Shown piece by piece: positions 8,669 to 17,569 of a DNA stretch of 23,137 nucleotides. The DNA lies in NCBI GenBank assembly GCA_044343545.1, contig JAWBZR010000011.1:1-23137 (forward strand), in the 5' to 3' direction. The stretch comes from Candidatus Aenigmatarchaeota archaeon (GTDB lineage Archaea; Aenigmatarchaeota; Aenigmatarchaeia; CG10238-14). Numbering within the stretch: position 1 is the stretch's first letter; each line of letters starts with the position of its first letter. A program made the translations under genes and the position numbers. The notes beneath the pieces were generated by a model. It was not told where the DNA came from. It saw nothing but the letters and a program-made list of their open reading frames with translations, and did not search any database.

Positions 8669-9837
8669 AGATTATATTCTGCTATTGCATTTCTAAAACT
8701 TTTCAATACTTTATTTGGGTCGTGTCTAAAAACAAAATCAGGCCCCCTATTCATTTGAGTATAGTCTAAACGTGCCAAATCTGTCAAATAGACGGGAGCC
8801 ACGCCATCATAATTTGGCATTATATCTTCCATTCCCAACTCTCTTTTATATCTCTCCAATATATCAGGTTCTGTCGGAAAAAGCGAGGGATCTTGGGCTA
8901 TTATCAAGTCAGGTCTTTTACCTAAATATCTTTCTAGAATTTTAGCTTGTGTTTCAGGAGAAATTACGACTATTTTTTCTCTATCACCTTCTGGAATTCT
9001 ATACAAGGTTTGATTCAAATCATAAAAAAGATTTGCATACCAAATTATTGGTTTACTACTCAACACATCTATCATCCCTATGGGCAACACAGAAGCTATA
9101 ATACTTGCGTAAAAACTTCCAGGTGCTATGATTACATAATCTGCATCTATTATTGATTGCAAGGATGGAGGATAAGCATGAGACGGTGGATTCAAATCTA
9201 CTCCTCTAATGGGTGGTATCCTCAAGTCCGGATTATCAAAGTAACTTTCACCTACAACGTCATGAAACCCATCAAAAGATGCTACTAATCTGCAATTTGA
9301 TACTGTGTTAGGATATACTTTGCCTCTTGATGAAAATATATCGTTAGCTATTTCTACCCAACCATCTCTACAAGTCATTATCAAAAAACACAATATCAAA
9401 TTTCCCACGGGGTGGTTTCTTGTTGTTACAGGAATGTTCATGCTGGCAGAAATTGGAAGTTTATTTCTTTCAAACCTTTCTATTGCAACATTTCTAACTC
9501 TATTAGCATTATGTTCGTCAAAGTTCATTTCTCGCGCTGCTAAGCTAATAAGATCGATCGGTGTCAAATAAAATACGCTATGATTGCCTTCAAACCTATA
9601 TGCCAAAATTTCCCTTAAAATGGCGTGATCATCATCTTCTCTTGAAATGGCTATAAGAGCGTTTCTCATATCCCCAACACCTAAACCGCAATAATCTCTC
9701 AATTTACCGGTACTCCCACCATCATCAAAAACAGTCACTATAGCAGTTAGCTCATAAAAGTTTTTTAAACCTTCTATTATGGGTTTTATTCCACCTCCGC
9801 CACCCAAAACCACGACCTTTAAAATAATTACCACCAA
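8665..9837 (-). CDS. YvcK/CofD (UPF0052) family protein
   Basis: VVVLGGGGG, DDGGSTGKLR, GDMRNAL, HPVGNL, DADYVIIAPGSFYAS and RHDP motifs. Its stop overlaps the next gene's start (ATGA). The start codon is uncertain. Confidence 0.88.
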   Translation of the reverse strand: MVVIILKVVVLGGGGGIKPIIEGLKNFYELTAIVTVFDDGGSTGKLRDYCGLGVGDMRNALIAISREDDDHAILREILAYRFEGNHSVFYLTPIDLISLAAREMNFDEHNANRVRNVAIERFERNKLPISASMNIPVTTRNHPVGNLILCFLIMTCRDGWVEIANDIFSSRGKVYPNTVSNCRLVASFDGFHDVVGESYFDNPDLRIPPIRGVDLNPPSHAYPPSLQSIIDADYVIIAPGSFYASIIASVLPIGMIDVLSSKPIIWYANLFYDLNQTLYRIPEGDREKIVVISPETQAKILERYLGKRPDLIIAQDPSLFPTEPDILERYKRELGMEDIMPNYDGVAPVYLTDLARLDYTQMNRGPDFVFRHDPNKVLKSFRNAIAEYNL

Positions 9838-9966
9838 GATGGATTTTGAATGACAAAATTATTATTTTTCACTTAAATTTTTGTTTTAACTATTTTTCAA
9901 AAATTCAAAAAATCTGGTTTTTGAGGCATAAAACATTAAAAAAATTTTTTTATTACTAAAAAATTG

Positions 9967-10040
9967 TGGGCCCGGGGCGATTTGAACGCCCGACCAACTG
10001 GTTAAAAGCCAGCTGCTCTACCAAGCTGAGCTACGGGCCC
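9967..10040 (-). tRNA. tRNA-Lys(TTT)
   Basis: Minus strand reads GGGCCCG TA GCTC AGCTTGGTA GAGC A GCTGG CTTTTAA CCAGT TGGTC GGGCG TTCAAAT CGCCC CGGGCCC A. It forms a full cloverleaf with no encoded CCA. Confidence 0.96.
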
Positions 10041-10555
10041 ACCACTTCAAATTTTAACAATAATTCATTGAACTTTTTCTTTAAATTATTATCAACTTTT
10101 GTTACCACAAAACCCTTATCAAAAAAACCATACAATATTACGTCTCCTTCTTCTGCTTCCAAAACTACAGGCAAAAATGCTAAATCTTCCTCGCCATCTA
10201 CCATTATTTTTGTTGGTTTTGGTGTTTTAAAAGCTTGTTTCACTGCATCTATGAGTTCAGATGTTATATGTGATGGCGGGTTTTTAACGTAAAATGTCTT
10301 CCCCTCATAAGTTTCTAGTACTATTCTCGTTTTCATATCTGTTGGTTGCCTTTTTTCCTTTTTGTCAAAAATTACTATTTTTGGTCTTAATCCTTCAACG
10401 ATAGCATTATAGCTTACCCTATCACCAACGCAAATGATTGTTTTACCTTCTAATTCCTTTTTCACATTAACTATAGATGAATAAATTTCACCATAAGCAA
10501 TTTTGAATTCTCTTCTCAAGCTGACTGGCAACCGATAGCTGTTTAATATAAACAA
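10031..10555 (-). CDS. DUF359 family GTP-dependent dephospho-CoA kinase
   Basis: ICVGDRVS, D.KEKR, VKNPPSHIT, VDGEEDLA and VILYG motifs. The stop TAG lies within tRNA-Lys(TTT). Confidence 0.88.
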   Translation of the reverse strand: MFILNSYRLPVSLRREFKIAYGEIYSSIVNVKKELEGKTIICVGDRVSYNAIVEGLRPKIVIFDKKEKRQPTDMKTRIVLETYEGKTFYVKNPPSHITSELIDAVKQAFKTPKPTKIMVDGEEDLAFLPVVLEAEEGDVILYGFFDKGFVVTKVDNNLKKKFNELLLKFEVVGP

Positions 10556-10560
10556 CCTCT

Positions 10561-10746
10561 TTATTTTGTTCTTATTCCAGTTAATGTTTTAGTTTGCCAA
10601 GCATATCTTTTTATCTTAGAAGAAGCTCCAAAACCACACCTAGAACATTTTCTTAATCTTATGTTATAAGATCTGCTTCCACATCGCCTACACAATACAT
10701 GAGATCTTTTCTGTTTCTTACCAAAGGATGGAGTTCCTTTTGACAT
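10561..10746 (-). CDS. rpl37e: 50S ribosomal protein L37e
   Basis: [10 protein letters not shown]...H.LCRRCG..SY.....CSRCGFG zinc finger. Confidence 0.97.
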   Translation of the reverse strand: MSKGTPSFGKKQKRSHVLCRRCGSRSYNIRLRKCSRCGFGASSKIKRYAWQTKTLTGIRTK

Positions 10747-10865
10747 GGAGCCATCACAATATTATTTTGCAATGAAAATATTAAAAAAAATATTTATAGT
10801 TTTTCAACTTCTCAAAATTTTCTAAAAAATTCTACCAAAAATTATTATTCTATGAAACATTCGAG

Positions 10866-11081
10866 CTACACAGGACTAGCATATAATATGTTGTCTCCCC
10901 TGATTAACAAAATATTTGATTTTCTCTTTGTTTCACCATTTATCTCTACATCTTCAAGCCAGAGATTTAGATGTAAATCTAAAGCTTTCAATATTCCTGT
11001 AATTTCCTCGCCATTCTTTAACCTTATGTAAACCCTCTTACCTTTTGCCTTATCTAATGCATCAATTGGTCTGTCACTCAT
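10866..11081 (-). CDS. lsm: Sm-like archaeal protein (Lsm/SmAP1)
   Basis: RP.D.L, G.LKA.D.HLNL.L (Sm1) and IRGDNI (Sm2) motifs, in the classic position upstream of rpl37e. Confidence 0.95.
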   Translation of the reverse strand: MSDRPIDALDKAKGKRVYIRLKNGEEITGILKALDLHLNLWLEDVEINGETKRKSNILLIRGDNILYASPV

Positions 11082-11227
11082 TCTAACACTCTTTTAACTT
11101 TTAGTTTAGTCTATATTTAAAACTTTACGATTTTGTCGATTATTAAAAACATACATTAAATTTTAAATACTTATCTTTCATGCTTCAGCAGATAAAAATT
11201 TAATGTAATTTTACAATCTTTAGATAT

Positions 11228-13093
11228 ATGAAACGCTTCCTTTTGCTCATATTTCTTTGCTTGTTTTTAAATTTATCTTACGCTCAAACTATGACTTCTA
11301 CTATAAAAATTGTTGGCGTTGATAAGGAAGGAAACGGGATTGAAGGTAATTTGACTGTAGAAATTCAGCCAGGTAAAGGAAGGGTACTCGTAGACATCTC
11401 ACCTCTTCAAGGTTTCTACACTCAAGATTCTGAAAGAAAGGCTGTAAAAGTTGCCGCAGATATGACAAAGTTTAATTTTTCCAATTATGATGTGATATAT
11501 TCGATAAAAACTCCAAATGTCATGAGTGTGGATGGTCCTTCTGCTGGTGCTGCTATGGCCATAGCAACAATAGCAGCCATTCAAAACAAAACGCTTAGCC
11601 AAAGTTTCTCTATCACCGGAACAATAGAAGAAGATCATAGTATAGGAAAAGTTGGAATGGTATTTGCGAAAGCTAAGGCAGCAGCTGATGCTGGAATAAC
11701 AAGATTTTTGATTCCAAAAGGACAAGCCGAGCAAATAGAATATGTGAGAAAGGTAAGAACACCTGCACCTGGTTGGAGAATAGAAACTATAGAACCCATA
11801 AGAATCAACATAATAAAATATGCTAAAGAAAATTGGGACATGGATATATATGAAGTTAGCACGATAGAAGAAGCATTAAAGTATGCTTTTGAAGAAATGC
11901 CAACAATTAAAAGAACGAAAATTGAAGAAACCAAATTTAATTTATCTTTTACCTCTCCTTTAAAAAGTTATGAAGAATTTGAGCATTTCGCAAGATCTGC
12001 GCTTTCTAGAGCTGAAGCAAACTATAATAAAGCTAACACAAAATTAACACATGCTTTACTTTCAGATGATTTAAAGGCAGAATTAGAGCATTTGTTAAAA
12101 ATTTCGAAAGAGTTAAAAGATGAAGGAAAGGAACTATTAAATAAAGGATACAAATATTCGGCAGGAAATAATGGTTTTAAATCAAGCATATATTCACAAA
12201 CAATAATAGATCTTGTAAACTATTATTCTTCTTCTCCTGAAAATAGGGAAATAATTATCGAAAATAAGATAAGGGATGTTAAGGGAGAATTGGAAGCGGC
12301 GAAAAAAGAGGTAGAAAAGTCGCTATTCGCTGCTTGCGATACAAAAAATAGAGATTGGGCAATATTTGCTTTGCAAAGAATTAATTATGCTGAAAATAGG
12401 TTGAATAAACTTTCGGCAGATAGTGAAGAAAGTGTATTTTTTGATATAAACGTTGCAAAAGAGTGGATAATAATTTCAAAAGAGTTTGCAAGCAAAATAG
12501 AATTTTATGGTAATGATGAATGCATGCAAATGTTTGAAAAGGATGCAAGAAAACTTATAGATGAAACAGAAAATAAACTCAATCTCTTAAAAGTTTTAAG
12601 AAAAAATGTCTATAATAGCGAAAGTTATTTGGAAGCATCAAAAATAGAATACGAAAAAGGACAGTATATGGTAGCTTTAATCGATGCAAGCATAGCGATG
12701 AAAAGAGTAGAAGCTGTAGAGAAATTTGATGGAAAAGACATAGAAGAAATATATAAAGAGTTTGATAAGGTTAACATCACACCGACGAATCTTTTAAGCA
12801 CGATATTTTACGAACATGCCATTTTTACACTTCATAAAGCCATAGAAAACGATTCTAGAGAGGAAGCATTGGATGCAATACAAATATTATACTCTATGTT
12901 AGCGACCGAAGAAGTTTACAATAAAATAAATCAAAAAATAAAGGCCAATCAAAAAGAGTTTGATTGGAATCAAGCAATTATAGTATTTTTGCTTTTATGT
13001 CTAAGCGTTTCAATTGCGTATATTCTTTTCTTAAAAAGCAAAATAAAAAAATCTAAACTCAAGAAAAGTTATAAAAAATCTAAAAGAAAATAG
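11228..13093 (+). CDS. Secreted, membrane-anchored S16 (Lon-like) serine protease without AAA+ domain
   Basis: Signal peptide, DGPSAG catalytic Ser, ITGTI, and VG.V.AK..AA catalytic Lys. A long helical region and a C-terminal TM plus Lys-rich tail follow. No Walker motifs are seen. Confidence 0.88.
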   Translation: MKRFLLLIFLCLFLNLSYAQTMTSTIKIVGVDKEGNGIEGNLTVEIQPGKGRVLVDISPLQGFYTQDSERKAVKVAADMTKFNFSNYDVIYSIKTPNVMSVDGPSAGAAMAIATIAAIQNKTLSQSFSITGTIEEDHSIGKVGMVFAKAKAAADAGITRFLIPKGQAEQIEYVRKVRTPAPGWRIETIEPIRINIIKYAKENWDMDIYEVSTIEEALKYAFEEMPTIKRTKIEETKFNLSFTSPLKSYEEFEHFARSALSRAEANYNKANTKLTHALLSDDLKAELEHLLKISKELKDEGKELLNKGYKYSAGNNGFKSSIYSQTIIDLVNYYSSSPENREIIIENKIRDVKGELEAAKKEVEKSLFAACDTKNRDWAIFALQRINYAENRLNKLSADSEESVFFDINVAKEWIIISKEFASKIEFYGNDECMQMFEKDARKLIDETENKLNLLKVLRKNVYNSESYLEASKIEYEKGQYMVALIDASIAMKRVEAVEKFDGKDIEEIYKEFDKVNITPTNLLSTIFYEHAIFTLHKAIENDSREEALDAIQILYSMLATEEVYNKINQKIKANQKEFDWNQAIIVFLLLCLSVSIAYILFLKSKIKKSKLKKSYKKSKRK

Positions 13094-13166
13094 TTTGATG
13101 ACATCATAATAAATCAATTTAAATCAAATTTAACAAAATAAATGTTGTTTCTTCGGGTGATTTTCG

Positions 13167-14936
13167 TTGAATTTAAGCGAAAATGCATTGACTCTATTAA
13201 AATTGAGATATTTAAGGAGAAATGAATATGGTGAAATAATAGAAACTCCTGAAGAAATGTTTAGGAGAGTGGCAAAAGCCATAGCTTCTGTAGAAAAAAA
13301 GTATGGAAAAAGTGAAGAAGAAATAAGCAAATTAGAAAAAGATTTTTTCGACCTTCTCACTAGTTTAAAATTTTTACCAAATTCGCCAACATTAATGAAT
13401 GCCGGTATGTCATCTGGCCAATTATCAGCATGTAACGTATTACCTTTGGAAGATTCGATGGAAAGTATATTTGAAACAATAAAAAATGCTGCCATTGTGC
13501 AGAAATTTGGCGGAGGCACCGGTTTTTCTTTTTCAAAACTTAGGCCAAAAGGAGATAAAGTTGGCTCGACAGGAGGAATAGCTGCAGGTCCTGTATTTTT
13601 CTTAAATGCTTTCGATTCTGCATTAAAAGGTATAAGGCAAGCTAACAGAAGATTTGCGACAAACATGGGTGTTATGAGAGTTGATCATCCGGATATATTT
13701 GAATTTATTGATGCCAAAAAAGAGGAGGGTGTGCTGACTACATTTAATCTTTCTGTTGCTGCGACAGACAAGTTTATGAACGCGGTAAAAAATGATGAAA
13801 AATTTGAGCTCATTAATCCAAGAAACAACCAAGTAGTTGAAATATTGCCGGCAAGAGAAATATTTGACAAGATAGCTGAAGCTGCGTGGAGAAACGGAGA
13901 ACCAGGAATGATATTTATCGATAGAATGAACAATAGCAATTCGAATCCTGTCCCAAAATTTGGGCCTATCGAAGCTACTAACCCTTGTGGGGAACAACCA
14001 CTGTATGCATATGATTCTTGCAATTTAGGATCTATAGATGTTTCAAAGATGGTGATAGATGGAGAAATAGATTGGAAGGAATTAAGAAGAGTTATTCAAT
14101 TATCTGTAAGGTTTTTAGATAACGTCATTGATGCAAGTCTTTATACATTAAAAGAAATAGAGGAAAGAACAAAAAGCATAAGAAGAATTGGATTGGGAGT
14201 GATGGGATTTGCCGATATGCTCATAAAACTTGGTATACCATATAATTCAGAGAAAGCATTAGAAATAGCAGAAGAGTTGATGAAGTTTATAACGGAAGAA
14301 GGTAGGAAATATTCTGTGGAATTGGCAAAAGAAAAAGGGTCATTTCCAGCTTTCGAAGATAGCATTTGGAAACAGCGAGGATATGAATGTCTCAGGAATG
14401 CGACAATAACAACAATAGCTCCAACAAGCAATTTGAGCATAATAGCAAATTGTTCTCATAGTATAGAGCCTTTGTTTTCCATAGTCTACATAAGAAATGT
14501 AAAAGATTCCTTGGGGATTGATTTAATAGAAGTAAATGCTTTATTTGAAAAAATTGCGAAAGAAAGAGGTTTTTATTCTGAAGAGCTTGTAAAGAAAATT
14601 CTTAAGAAAGGCAGTCTAGAAGGTTTGGTTCCTGATGACGTGAAGTCATTATTTGTAACTGCCCATCAAATCCCGCCAGAATGGCATGTGAAGATGCAAG
14701 CAACTTTTCAAAAGTATACTGATAATGCTGTGTCAAAAACCGTCAATCTGCCAAATAGCGCATCTGTCGATGATGTCAAAAGGATATTTATGCTTGCTTA
14801 CGAATTGGGTTGTAAAGGAATAACAATTTATAGGGATGGAAGCAGAAAGCATCAGGTTATCGTGACAAAGACAGAGGAGGATGAAGCGAAAGAAATTATA
14901 GAGAGCACTGGAGGGTGTGCTACTTGTCACTTGTAG
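13167..14936 (+). CDS. nrdJ: Class II (adenosylcobalamin-dependent) ribonucleotide reductase, short form without ATP cone
   Basis: FLPNSPTLMNAG, SAC, GGGTG, TNPCGEQPL, CNLGS, R.IGLG.MG, TIAPT, SKTVNLP, GCKGITIYR and a C-terminal CATC. It lacks the class I YY pair. TTG start after a GGTGA RBS. Confidence 0.92.
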   Translation: MNLSENALTLLKLRYLRRNEYGEIIETPEEMFRRVAKAIASVEKKYGKSEEEISKLEKDFFDLLTSLKFLPNSPTLMNAGMSSGQLSACNVLPLEDSMESIFETIKNAAIVQKFGGGTGFSFSKLRPKGDKVGSTGGIAAGPVFFLNAFDSALKGIRQANRRFATNMGVMRVDHPDIFEFIDAKKEEGVLTTFNLSVAATDKFMNAVKNDEKFELINPRNNQVVEILPAREIFDKIAEAAWRNGEPGMIFIDRMNNSNSNPVPKFGPIEATNPCGEQPLYAYDSCNLGSIDVSKMVIDGEIDWKELRRVIQLSVRFLDNVIDASLYTLKEIEERTKSIRRIGLGVMGFADMLIKLGIPYNSEKALEIAEELMKFITEEGRKYSVELAKEKGSFPAFEDSIWKQRGYECLRNATITTIAPTSNLSIIANCSHSIEPLFSIVYIRNVKDSLGIDLIEVNALFEKIAKERGFYSEELVKKILKKGSLEGLVPDDVKSLFVTAHQIPPEWHVKMQATFQKYTDNAVSKTVNLPNSASVDDVKRIFMLAYELGCKGITIYRDGSRKHQVIVTKTEEDEAKEIIESTGGCATCHL

Positions 14937-15042
14937 ATATTTCTCCCTTTCAAGTGATATTCTTTTCAAGAATACAAATTCTTTTAAATAGGGTTTTATA
15001 AAAAACAATTTGTTGCTGAAACTTCTATGGGGGGTGTAGAAA

Positions 15043-17517
15043 TTGGCTAAAGAAATTTCTAAAATTAGAAAACGGGATGGGAGAATTGTCGATTTTGACG
15101 AAAATAAAATAAGTGAAGCTATATGGAAGGCTGTAAAAGCTGTCGGTGGAAAAGATAAATCACCTATACCTCTACTGACAAAAAAAGTTGTGGAACTACT
15201 AAAACAAAAATTAAAGGAGGATGAAATTCCTGATGTAGAAATGGTTCAAGATTGTGTGGAAAAGGTTTTAATAGAAGAAGGTCATGCTAGAGTAGCAAAG
15301 GCATATATTCTTTACAGGCAAAAAAGGTCTGAAATAAGAAAAGAGAAAGCTGCCATTTTGGAAAAAGAAATCATAGATGAGGTTGACAAACAATTTGATG
15401 TAAATGCGTTAAGAGTTTTAAAATCGAGATACTTGAGAAAAGACGAATCAGGAAAGCTGGTTGAATGGCCGAAGCAGCTCTTTACTCGTGTAGCTATTCA
15501 TGTTGCTTTGCCTGAGATAATATATGATGAAAAGGTGTTTGATATAAAAGGTGAGCAAAAAAAACATGAATTTGAAAAATTTGACATCGATGATTATAAA
15601 GACGAGCTAAAAATAGGCAAATACACTTTAAATAAATATCACATTGAAGGTTTGAAAAACCTTTATGATTATATGAATGATCATGGCAAGATGAAAATTT
15701 CTTGGTCGGAATTGTATGAGATGATAAAAGAAGGTGAATTTAACCATTACGAAAAAACGATTGACGAATTTTTTGATTTAATGGTAAGTAAAAGATTTTT
15801 ACCAAACACACCGGCTTTAGCAAATTTTGGTGCATCGTTAGGTTTAGGCTCAGCATGTTTTGTGCTGGATATAGACGATTCTTTAGATAGCATAATGACG
15901 ACACTACTAAAAGCGTCAAAAATATTTCAAGCAGGTGGTGGATTAGGGTATAATTTTTCCAAGTTAAGACCAGAAGGTGATTATGTTAGTACAACAGGCG
16001 GCAAATCGTCTGGTCCCATAAGCTTCATGACGTTATTTGACAAGATGACGGATGTAATTAAACAAGGGGGTATGAGAAGAGGGGCAAACATGGGTATATT
16101 GAACATAAATCATCCGGATATTGAAAAGTTCATAAAAGCCAAAGAAGGTAATAAAATGTTGAAAAACTTTAACATTTCTGTTCTAATTCTACCAGATTTT
16201 TGGGAGCATTATGAGAAAAATAAACCTTACCCTCTTATAAATCCTAGAAATAAAAAAGTTGTCAAATACATCAATCCTCGATTGCTTTTTGACATGATAG
16301 CTTACCAAGCTTGGGAATCTGCCGAGCCCGGAGTGATATTTTTTGATCACGTAAACAAGTACAATCCTTTTTATGATTATTTGGGACCTATCGTCACAAC
16401 CAATCCTTGCGGAGAAGTACTTTTGTATCCAAACGAATCTTGCAACTTGGGAAGCATTAATGTTTGGAGATTTGTGAAAAGAGATGAAAACAAAGTAGAA
16501 ATTGATTGGGAGAATTTAAAAGAAACTGTGAGAATTGCGGTGAGATTTTTAGACAACGTGATAGACATAAACAAATATCCTTTAGAGGAAATAAGAGAAA
16601 TGACATTTGCTACTCGAAAAATTGGTTTAGGCATCATGGGTTTGGCGAACATGCTTTTTGAGTTAGAGTTAGCTTATAATAGTGAAGAAGGAAGAAAGTT
16701 CATGGAAAAATTGATGGAATTTATTAATTACTGGTCGAAGGTGGAATCTATAGAGTTAGCCAAAAAGAGAGGTAAAATGCCGTTTTTTGAAAAAAGTTTT
16801 TATAAAGAAGGTAAATTGCCATTTGCAGGATTTTACGATAAGCAAAGCTGGAATTTTGAATGGGATAAATTAGCTGAAGAAATTAAAAAACATGGGATAA
16901 GGAATGGTTACACGACTGTAATAGCGCCAACAGGAAGCATTTCAATGATAGCTGGATGTAGCAGTGGCATTGAACCTGTTTTCACGCTTGTTTATGAAAA
17001 GAATGTCGCAATAGGAAGTTTCTTCTACGTTGATCCTGTCTTTGAGAGAGTTATGGAAGATGAGGGATTGTACGACGAAACACTAATAAAAGACATTGCT
17101 ATGAACAGAGGAAGTATACAAGATATAAAATATATACCACCAAAACTGAAGAAAATATTTGTCACAGCACTGGATATCAAGCCAGAAGATCATATAAAAG
17201 CTTTGGCGGCCTTTCAAAAATGGGTTGATTCAAGCATATCCAAAACAAACAACCTTCCTTCCAATGCAACGGTGGAAGACGTGAAAAAAGTGTTTTTACT
17301 AGCTTACAAGCTTGGATGCAAGGATGTAACTGTATATAGGGATATGTCCATCAAGCAACAAGTATATGACGTTCCAAAAATCAATAAAAAGGAAAATAAT
17401 AACGACGAATTACCTTCAGCAAAGCAACTAACAAAATGTCCCGAATGCGGTAGCGTTCTCGTTCATAGCGAAGGTTGCGTGATTTGTCATGAATGTGGTT
17501 GGGGTTTATGTAAATAG
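15043..17517 (+). CDS. nrdJ: Class II ribonucleotide reductase with N-terminal ATP cone and C-terminal Zn ribbon
   Basis: ATP cone (IRKRDGRIVDFD..KI...VAKAYILYR), PNTPAL, SACFV, KQGGMRRGANMG, TNPCGE, APTGSIS, and C-terminal CPECG...C..C..CG. TTG start after a GGGGGTG RBS. Confidence 0.95.
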   Translation: MAKEISKIRKRDGRIVDFDENKISEAIWKAVKAVGGKDKSPIPLLTKKVVELLKQKLKEDEIPDVEMVQDCVEKVLIEEGHARVAKAYILYRQKRSEIRKEKAAILEKEIIDEVDKQFDVNALRVLKSRYLRKDESGKLVEWPKQLFTRVAIHVALPEIIYDEKVFDIKGEQKKHEFEKFDIDDYKDELKIGKYTLNKYHIEGLKNLYDYMNDHGKMKISWSELYEMIKEGEFNHYEKTIDEFFDLMVSKRFLPNTPALANFGASLGLGSACFVLDIDDSLDSIMTTLLKASKIFQAGGGLGYNFSKLRPEGDYVSTTGGKSSGPISFMTLFDKMTDVIKQGGMRRGANMGILNINHPDIEKFIKAKEGNKMLKNFNISVLILPDFWEHYEKNKPYPLINPRNKKVVKYINPRLLFDMIAYQAWESAEPGVIFFDHVNKYNPFYDYLGPIVTTNPCGEVLLYPNESCNLGSINVWRFVKRDENKVEIDWENLKETVRIAVRFLDNVIDINKYPLEEIREMTFATRKIGLGIMGLANMLFELELAYNSEEGRKFMEKLMEFINYWSKVESIELAKKRGKMPFFEKSFYKEGKLPFAGFYDKQSWNFEWDKLAEEIKKHGIRNGYTTVIAPTGSISMIAGCSSGIEPVFTLVYEKNVAIGSFFYVDPVFERVMEDEGLYDETLIKDIAMNRGSIQDIKYIPPKLKKIFVTALDIKPEDHIKALAAFQKWVDSSISKTNNLPSNATVEDVKKVFLLAYKLGCKDVTVYRDMSIKQQVYDVPKINKKENNNDELPSAKQLTKCPECGSVLVHSEGCVICHECGWGLCK

Positions 17518-17569
17518 TTTACCCTAAAGAATTTTATATTAATACAAAAATCAAAAAAATTAAATTAAT

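Noticed and set aside
7443..10040. Integrated element bounded by tRNA-Lys direct repeats (attL/attR)
   Set aside because: Both tRNAs are full length with different anticodons and different acceptor and T stems, so they are isoacceptors. There is no integrase and no partial tRNA duplicate.
9966..10292. 108-aa plus-strand ORF (MGPGRFERPT...)
   Set aside because: It is the antisense shadow of tRNA-Lys(TTT) and the DUF359 gene.
10747..10865. Possible ncRNA or Sm-binding U-rich element between lsm and rpl37e
   Set aside because: It is very AT-rich with no convincing structure and is adequately explained as a terminator/promoter spacer.
15480..15760. Intein in the second nrdJ, or in the TIM-barrel insertion
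   Set aside because: There is no C/S...HN-C/S/T splice junction or LAGLIDADG motif. The nrdJ insert resembles a native segment of archaeal enzymes.
13130..16652. Several minus-strand ORFs within the nrdJ genes (e.g. 13130..13666, 13685..14023, 16377..16652)
   Set aside because: They are antisense shadows of well-supported genes and show no recognisable motifs.
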